This document shows, piece by piece, positions 57,519-64,000 of a stretch of DNA of 64,000 nt. Position numbers and translations under genes: made by a program. Origin of the DNA: Escherichia coli. Its GTDB lineage: Bacteria; Pseudomonadota; Gammaproteobacteria; Enterobacterales; Enterobacteriaceae. The DNA lies in NCBI RefSeq assembly GCF_044324785.1, contig NZ_CP172127.1; one strand, 5' to 3'. The first letter of the stretch is position 1; each line of letters opens with the position of its first letter. The notes under the pieces are model-generated. The model did not search any database. It worked only from the letters and a program-made list of their open reading frames with translations, and had not been told where the DNA came from.

Positions 57519-57623
57519 TCCCTGATACCTTTTTGTAGAAATATTGACCGTGCATCCGCGGTCAATGTTAGCTATTATGTTGCGCCCTTTTTTTACGGGT
57601 GTTAACAAAGGAGGTATCAACCC

Positions 57624-58490
57624 ATGGCCGAAAAAAAACAGTGGCATGAAACGCTACACGACCAGTTTGGGCAGTACTTTGCGGTAGATAACGTTCTGTA
57701 TCATGAAAAGACCGATCACCAGGATCTGATCATTTTTGAGAACGCCGCATTTGGCCGCGTAATGGCGCTGGATGGCGTAGTACAAACCACCGAGCGCGAC
57801 GAGTTTATCTATCATGAGATGATGACCCATGTTCCGCTACTGGCCCACGGTCACGCGAAACATGTGCTGATTATCGGCGGCGGCGACGGTGCCATGCTGC
57901 GTGAAGTAACCCGACATAAAAACGTTGAGTCAATCACGATGGTGGAAATCGATGCGGGTGTCGTGTCGTTCTGCCGTCAGTATCTACCCAACCATAACGC
58001 CGGTAGCTACGACGATCCGCGCTTTAAACTGGTGATCGACGATGGCGTCAATTTCGTTAATCAAACCAGCCAGACCTTTGATGTCATTATCTCCGACTGC
58101 ACCGATCCTATCGGTCCCGGCGAAAGTCTGTTCACCTCAGCATTTTATGAAGGATGCAAACGTTGCCTGAATCCTGGCGGTATCTTCGTCGCACAAAACG
58201 GCGTCTGCTTTTTACAGCAGGAAGAGGCTATCGACAGTCATCGCAAACTCAGCCATTACTTCAGCGATGTTGGCTTTTATCAGGCGGCGATCCCGACCTA
58301 TTACGGCGGCATCATGACCTTTGCATGGGCGACAGATAACGACGCCTTACGCCATCTCTCAACCGAAATTATTCAGGCGCGTTTTCTCGCCTCTGGCCTG
58401 AAATGCCGTTATTACAATCCGGCAGTCCATACGGCAGCTTTTGCCTTACCCCAGTATCTGCAAGACGCACTGGCTTCACAGCCGTCCTAA
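57624..58490 (+). CDS. speE: spermidine synthase
   Basis: 288-aa [64 protein letters not shown]... Confidence 0.97.
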   Translation: MAEKKQWHETLHDQFGQYFAVDNVLYHEKTDHQDLIIFENAAFGRVMALDGVVQTTERDEFIYHEMMTHVPLLAHGHAKHVLIIGGGDGAMLREVTRHKNVESITMVEIDAGVVSFCRQYLPNHNAGSYDDPRFKLVIDDGVNFVNQTSQTFDVIISDCTDPIGPGESLFTSAFYEGCKRCLNPGGIFVAQNGVCFLQQEEAIDSHRKLSHYFSDVGFYQAAIPTYYGGIMTFAWATDNDALRHLSTEIIQARFLASGLKCRYYNPAVHTAAFALPQYLQDALASQPS

Positions 58491-58505
58491 GGAGAAGATA
58501 AGAAA

Positions 58506-59300
58506 TTGAAAAAACTGAAACTGCATGGCTTTAATAATCTGACCAAAAGTCTGAGTTTTTGTATTTACGATATCTGCTACGCCAAAACTGCCGAAGAACG
58601 CGATGGTTATATTGCTTATATCGATGAACTCTATAATGCCAACCGTCTGACCGAAATCCTGTCAGAAACCTGTTCCATTATCGGGGCCAATATTCTTAAC
58701 ATCGCCCGCCAGGATTACGAACCACAGGGTGCCAGCGTCACTATTCTGGTGAGTGAAGAACCGGTCGATCCGAAACTTATCGACAAAACAGAACACCCCG
58801 GTCCGCTGCCAGAAACGGTCGTTGCCCATCTCGATAAAAGTCATATTTGCGTACATACCTACCCGGAAAGTCATCCTGAAGGTGGTTTATGTACCTTCCG
58901 CGCCGATATTGAAGTCTCTACCTGCGGCGTGATTTCTCCGCTGAAGGCGCTGAATTACCTGATCCACCAGCTTGAGTCCGATATCGTAACCATTGATTAT
59001 CGCGTGCGCGGTTTTACTCGCGACATTAACGGTATGAAGCACTTTATCGACCATGAGATTAATTCGATTCAGAACTTTATGTCTGACGATATGAAGGCGC
59101 TGTATGACATGGTGGATGTGAACGTCTATCAGGAAAATATCTTCCATACCAAGATGTTGCTTAAAGAGTTCGACCTTAAGCACTACATGTTCCACACCAA
59201 ACCGGAAGATTTAACCGACAGCGAGCGCCAGGAAATTACCGCTGCGCTGTGGAAAGAAATGCGCGAGATTTATTACGGGCGCAATATGCCCGCTGTTTAA
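58506..59300 (+). CDS. speD: S-adenosylmethionine decarboxylase proenzyme
   Basis: 264-aa ORF starting at TTG 58506 with AAGGAG upstream: [40 protein letters not shown]... Confidence 0.96.
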
Positions 59301-59304
59301 CGGC

Positions 59305-59340
59305 TCTGGCGGAGCTCCCAGGCTCCGCCAGATTTATTTA
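59305..59340. terminator. Bidirectional terminator between convergent speD and yacL
   Basis: ctggcggagc (59306-59315) - tcccag - gctccgccag (59322-59331), followed by atttattta. Confidence 0.65.
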
Positions 59341-59700
59341 CTTCTGCTGCACGAAATTACGGTAAGCCGCCACCACCTGCAGAAAATCCTCAACGCCACA
59401 TAGCGACAGGCTTTCTTCATCGTAGTAGTTCATCCCCTCTTCCATTTCATCGCCAGCGAATTCCAGTTGATTGGCGCGAACCATCACTTCTTCGCCGTCC
59501 ATCCATAGCGTGTACTCATGCCCTGCCCGCTGCCAGGAACGTTCGCTACCTTTGAGCGTGCGCGCGGCGTCTTCCACTTCATCAAGCAAGGCCAGGTTTT
59601 CTTTCACCTCTTCGTTAAACCAGTGCCCGACCACTTCATGCCCCATGGACATACGCACCTTTACCACTCCGGTAATATCACGCAGAAATTCGTAATCCAT
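59338..59700 (-). CDS. yacL: UPF0231 family protein YacL
   Basis: ORF track 136 aa; start at [32 protein letters not shown] gives 120 aa. Confidence 0.9.
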   Translation of the reverse strand: MDYEFLRDITGVVKVRMSMGHEVVGHWFNEEVKENLALLDEVEDAARTLKGSERSWQRAGHEYTLWMDGEEVMVRANQLEFAGDEMEEGMNYYDEESLSLCGVEDFLQVVAAYRNFVQQK

Positions 59701-59802
59701 AGTGTGTTCCTCTGCTCCCGGCAATGCGCCGAAATCGCATTGCGCCATTGATGTAATTATCGCAGCCTTAACGGAGAAAAACAGCGGAACGGCGATGGTT
59801 TA

Positions 59803-59841
59803 GAAATAAAAAATGCCCGGGAATCTCATTCACCGGGCATT
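59803..59841 (-). terminator. Rho-independent terminator after acnB
   Basis: atgcccgg (59813-59820) / ccgggcat (59833-59840); on the minus strand the hairpin is followed by attttttatttc. Confidence 0.7.
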
Positions 59842-59874
59842 GTGTCGTTTATGCGCAGCGCGTGCGCTTACTTA

Positions 59875-62472
59875 TTACACCGCAGTCTGGAAAATCACCC
59901 CATCGGCTTTTTCGGTGTACTGAGAAAGCTGGTTGAAGTTCAGATAACGATAAGTATCAACGGCAGTTTTATCTACTTGCGCAACGTAGGTCTGGTACTC
60001 TTCCGGCGTCGGTAGTTTGCCAATCAGCGCCGCAACAGCAGCCAGTTCCGCAGAAGCCAGGAAGACATTCGCGCCAGTACCCAGACGGTTCGGGAAGTTA
60101 CGGGTAGAGGTGGAAACCACCGTCGCACTGTCTGCTACACGCGCCTGGTTACCCATACACAGGGAACAGCCAGGGATCTCGATACGCGCACCACTCTTAC
60201 CGAAGACGCTGTAGTAGCCTTCTTCGGTCAACTGCGCGGCGTCCATACGGGTTGGCGGTGCCACCCACAGGCGGGTCGGCAACTGACCTTTGTGCGCATC
60301 CAGCAGTTTACCAGCGGCACGGAAGTGACCGATGTTAGTCATGCAAGAACCGATAAACACTTCGTCGATCTTCTCGCCCTGTACCGCAGACAGCGGACGA
60401 GCGTCGTCCGGGTCGTTCGGTGCACAGAGGATTGGCTCTTTAATATCCGCCAGATCGATGTCAATCACTGCCGCGTATTCCGCATCTGCATCGGCTTCCA
60501 GCAGCTCAGGATTCGCCAGCCATTTTTCCATGCCCTGAATACGGCGTTCCAGGGTACGACGATCGCCGTAACCTTCCGCGATCATCCACTTCAGCAGGAC
60601 GATGTTGGAGTTCAGGTATTCAATGATCGGTTCTTTGTTCAGCTTGATGGTACAACCGGCAGCAGAACGCTCGGCAGACGCATCGGTCAGCTCAAATGCC
60701 TGCTCAACTTTCAGATCCGGCAGACCTTCAATTTCCAGAATGCGGCCAGAGAAGATGTTTTTCTTACCTTTCTTCTCAACGGTCAGCAGACCTTGTTTGA
60801 TCGCATACAGCGGAATGGCGTGTACCAGATCGCGCAGGGTGATGCCCGGCTGCATTTTGCCTTTGAAGCGCACCAGAACGGATTCCGGCATATCCAGCGG
60901 CATTACGCCTGTTGCGGCTGCAAATGCCACCAGACCAGAACCCGCCGGGAAAGAGATACCGATCGGGAAACGGGTATGGGAGTCACCACCGGTACCGACG
61001 GTATCCGGCAGCAGCATACGGTTCAGCCAGGAGTGGATTACGCCGTCACCCGGACGCAGCGACACACCGCCACGGTTCATAATGAAGTCCGGCAGCGTGT
61101 GGTGTGTGTTTACGTCAACTGGCTTCGGATACGCCGCGGTGTGGCAGAAAGACTGCATCACCAGGTCAGCCGAGAAGCCCAGGCACGCCAGGTCTTTCAG
61201 TTCATCACGGGTCATCGGGCCAGTGGTGTCCTGAGAACCAACAGAAGTCATTTTCGGTTCGCAGTACGCGCCCGGACGAATGCCTTTCACACCGCAGGCA
61301 CGACCTACCATTTTCTGCGCCAGCGAGAAGCCGCGATCGCTCTCAGCGACATCTTTCGCCTGACGGAACACATCGCTGTGCGGCAGGCCAAGTGCTTCAC
61401 GCGCTTTGGTGGTCAGGCCACGCCCGATAATCAGCGGAATACGGCCGCCAGCACGCACTTCATCAATCAGCACGTCGGTTTTCAGTTCGAAGGTCGCCAG
61501 CAGTTCGCCGGTTTCGTGGTTACGCACTTCACCTTTGTACGGGTAAACGTCAATTACGTCGCCCATGTTCAGGTTAGAGACGTCCACTTCAATTGGCAGT
61601 GCACCCGCATCTTCCATCGTGTTAAAGAAGATGGGTGCAATTTTACCGCCGAGGCACAAACCACCGCCGCGTTTGTTCGGCACATGTGGAATATCATCAC
61701 CCATAAACCACAGTACGGAGTTCGTGGCGGATTTACGCGAAGACCCCGTACCCACAACGTCACCGACGTACGCCAGCGGGAAACCTTTCTGTTGCAGAGC
61801 TTCGATTTGCTTGATCGGACCAACAACGCCTGGCTGGTCTGGCTCAATACCTTCACGGGCGTTTTTCAGCATCGCCAGCGCGTGCAGTGGGATATCCGGG
61901 CGAGACCACGCATCCGGTGCCGGAGAAAGGTCATCGGTGTTGGTTTCGCCTGTGACTTTGAAGACGGTAACGGTCAGTTTTTCAGCCAGCGCCGGGCGAT
62001 TCAGGAACCATTCGGCATCCGCCCAGGACTGCATTACCTGCTTCGCATATTCGTTGCCTGCTTTGGCTTTCTCTTCTACGTCATAGAAGTTATCGAACAT
62101 CAGCAGCGTGTGAGAAAGTGCTTTGGCAGCAATCGGTGCCAGTTTGGCATCATCCAGCGCGTCGATCAGCGGATGAATGTTGTAACCACCCTGCATGGTA
62201 CCCAGCAGTTCGATGGCTTTTTCCGGAGTCAGCAGAGGGGATTTGGCTTCGCCTTTAGCGATAGCAGCCAGGAAGCCTGCTTTGACATAGGCGGCTTCAT
62301 CGACGCCAGGGGGAACACGGTTGGTTAATAGATCTAACAGGAATTCTTCTTCGCCCGCGGGCGGGTTTTTCAGCAGCTCTACAAGTGCGGCCATTTGGTT
62401 TGCATCCAGGGGTTTGGGCGCAATCCCCTCAGCGGCACGCTCAGCTACGTGCTTACGGTATTCTTCTAGCAC
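59875..62472 (-). CDS. acnB: aconitate hydratase B (bifunctional aconitase / 2-methylisocitrate dehydratase)
   Basis: ORF track 916 aa; K-12 length of 865 aa corresponds to the GTG at 62470-62472 ([30 protein letters not shown]...) with GAGGAG upstream. Confidence 0.96.
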   Translation of the reverse strand: MLEEYRKHVAERAAEGIAPKPLDANQMAALVELLKNPPAGEEEFLLDLLTNRVPPGVDEAAYVKAGFLAAIAKGEAKSPLLTPEKAIELLGTMQGGYNIHPLIDALDDAKLAPIAAKALSHTLLMFDNFYDVEEKAKAGNEYAKQVMQSWADAEWFLNRPALAEKLTVTVFKVTGETNTDDLSPAPDAWSRPDIPLHALAMLKNAREGIEPDQPGVVGPIKQIEALQQKGFPLAYVGDVVGTGSSRKSATNSVLWFMGDDIPHVPNKRGGGLCLGGKIAPIFFNTMEDAGALPIEVDVSNLNMGDVIDVYPYKGEVRNHETGELLATFELKTDVLIDEVRAGGRIPLIIGRGLTTKAREALGLPHSDVFRQAKDVAESDRGFSLAQKMVGRACGVKGIRPGAYCEPKMTSVGSQDTTGPMTRDELKDLACLGFSADLVMQSFCHTAAYPKPVDVNTHHTLPDFIMNRGGVSLRPGDGVIHSWLNRMLLPDTVGTGGDSHTRFPIGISFPAGSGLVAFAAATGVMPLDMPESVLVRFKGKMQPGITLRDLVHAIPLYAIKQGLLTVEKKGKKNIFSGRILEIEGLPDLKVEQAFELTDASAERSAAGCTIKLNKEPIIEYLNSNIVLLKWMIAEGYGDRRTLERRIQGMEKWLANPELLEADADAEYAAVIDIDLADIKEPILCAPNDPDDARPLSAVQGEKIDEVFIGSCMTNIGHFRAAGKLLDAHKGQLPTRLWVAPPTRMDAAQLTEEGYYSVFGKSGARIEIPGCSLCMGNQARVADSATVVSTSTRNFPNRLGTGANVFLASAELAAVAALIGKLPTPEEYQTYVAQVDKTAVDTYRYLNFNQLSQYTEKADGVIFQTAV

Positions 62473-62826
62473 GACGGTTCTCCTCGCTCTCATTGTCATA
62501 GTGCGGCAGGCGATTCTCTTCACGCTCCTGTGAGACAGCAGTTTGTAGGGTAAATGCCCAGTACCGCAACGGGCAGAATAGCAGGATTTTGACGATGTGT
62601 TAATCCGTTTACAAAAAAGCAACATAAAAAAGTGGCTGAATCGTTAAGGATGGTCTAGAGATTGTTTCCCTCCGTAAAAACTTCGTTAATTCGCATGGTG
62701 ATAATCACCTTTCTCAACGAATCCCAAGATTAGTCAAAATTTAAACTACCGCCTCTTTATACTCGGATTCTCAGCACCTGCGGGTGGCAGTTCGCCGACC
62801 ATTGCGATTTCCTTGAGATCCGAATT

Positions 62827-64000
62827 ATGAAAATGACTTTGCCGTTTAAACCCCATGTGCTGGCGCTAATTTGCAGTGCCGGGCTTTGTGCCGCCTCTGC
62901 CGGGCTATATATAAAAAGCCGCACAGTGGAAGCGCCTGTGGAAGCGCAATCGACACAACTGACTGTGTCTGACGCTGCCGCGGTTACGCTTCCTGCAACG
63001 GTTTCCGCGCCTCCCGTAACACCCGCCGTCGTCAAATCCGCATTCAGCACTGCGCAAATAGATCAATGGGTTGCACCTGTCGCGCTGTACCCCGACTCTC
63101 TGCTTTCACAAGTGTTAATGGCATCAACCTATCCGACAAACGTTGCGCAAGCAGTGCAATGGTCGCACGATAATCCACTTAAACAAGGCGATGCTGCTAT
63201 TCAGGCGGTATCTGACCAGCCGTGGGATGCAAGCGTCAAATCACTGGTGGCCTTTCCACAGTTGATGGCGTTGATGGGCGAAAACCCGCAATGGGTGCAA
63301 AACCTGGGCGATGCTTTTCTGGCGCAGCCGCAGGACGTGATGGACTCGGTACAGCGATTGCGGCAACTGGCGCAACAAACCGGCTCGCTGAAGTCATCAA
63401 CCGAACAGAAAGTTATTACCACAACGAAGAAAGCTATACCGGTAAAACAGACAGTCACGGCTCCCGTCATACCATCCAATACCGTTTCAACTGCCAACCC
63501 TGTCATTACAGAGCCTGCAACAACCGTCATTTCCATTGAGCCCGCCAATCCTGATGTGGTCTATATTCCCAACTACAACCCAACCGTGGTTTACGGGAAC
63601 TGGGCCAATACTGCGTATCCGCCGGTTTATCTGCCACCACCAGCCGGAGAACCGTTTGTTGACAGCTTTGTGCGCGGATTCGGCTATAGCATGGGCGTTG
63701 CTACCACGTACGCACTATTTAGCAGCATCGACTGGGACGATGACGATCATGACCATCATCATCATGACGATGATGATTATCATCACCACGATGGCGGTCA
63801 TCGTGACGGTAATGGCTGGCAACACAACGGCGACAACATCAATATCGACGTCAACAATTTCAACCGTATCACCGGTGAGCATCTTACTGATAAGAATATG
63901 GCATGGCGGCACAATCCAAACTACCGTAATGGTGTGCCCTATCATGATCAGGATATGGCAAAGCGGTTTCACCAAACCGATGTTAACGGCGGCATGAGCG
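62827..64000 (+). CDS. yacH: DUF3300 family protein YacH, N-terminal part (3' end outside the window)
   Basis: Own translation from ATG 62827: MKMTLPFKPHVLALICSAGLCAASAGLYIKSRTVEAPVEAQS...SIDWDDDDHDHHHHDDDDYHHHDGGHRDGNGWQHNG...; open to the window end, so absent from the complete-ORF track; signal peptide; divergent from acnB as in K-12. Confidence 0.8.
   Translation, partial: MKMTLPFKPHVLALICSAGLCAASAGLYIKSRTVEAPVEAQSTQLTVSDAAAVTLPATVSAPPVTPAVVKSAFSTAQIDQWVAPVALYPDSLLSQVLMASTYPTNVAQAVQWSHDNPLKQGDAAIQAVSDQPWDASVKSLVAFPQLMALMGENPQWVQNLGDAFLAQPQDVMDSVQRLRQLAQQTGSLKSSTEQKVITTTKKAIPVKQTVTAPVIPSNTVSTANPVITEPATTVISIEPANPDVVYIPNYNPTVVYGNWANTAYPPVYLPPPAGEPFVDSFVRGFGYSMGVATTYALFSSIDWDDDDHDHHHHDDDDYHHHDGGHRDGNGWQHNGDNINIDVNNFNRITGEHLTDKNMAWRHNPNYRNGVPYHDQDMAKRFHQTDVNGGMS

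Noticed and set aside
60292-62328. 678-aa ORF on the plus strand
   Set aside because: Lies entirely antisense to acnB, whose translation is an excellent aconitase B match; the product is low-complexity and Arg/Thr/Gln-rich with no RBS context. Long antisense ORFs are common opposite highly expressed GC-biased genes.
63536-63997. 153-aa ORF on the plus strand
   Set aside because: Alternative frame inside yacH; the yacH frame from 62827 is open to the window end and encodes a signal peptide and coherent protein.

Overview
This window is an Escherichia coli chromosomal segment, collinear with K-12 MG1655 (about 0.13-0.19 Mb) in reverse orientation, running dxr(partial)-frr-pyrH-tsf-rpsB-map-glnD-dapD-yaeI ... 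fhuACDB-mrcB-hrpB ... pcnB-folK-yad fimbrial operon-panBC-rpnC-panD ... gcd-cueO-yacC-speED-yacL-acnB-yacH(partial). Nearly all ORFs are core housekeeping genes, assigned from the supplied six-frame translations plus gene order and lengths recalled from K-12; no database search was run. No rRNA, tRNA, CRISPR array, IS element or integrase was seen. Against that backbone, four places look strain-specific: (1) the rpnC (yadD) locus, where the 3' end of rpnC is duplicated as a standalone 89-aa gene, both copies carry in-frame 12-bp tandem repeats, and rpnC has an internal Shine-Dalgarno plus ATG-ATG that could yield a small C-terminal protein, consistent with the reported Rpn toxin / intragenic small-protein antitoxin arrangement; (2) a 236-aa acidic ORF with an N-terminal Cys cluster inserted between yaeI and yaeH, which I cannot assign to any family; (3) a yad-type chaperone-usher fimbrial operon with six rather than seven genes, whose boundary appears to rewrite the folK C-terminus; (4) an fhuA allele 18 aa shorter than K-12. 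The first two are the best candidates for something new, and both need homology and structure searches to confirm.
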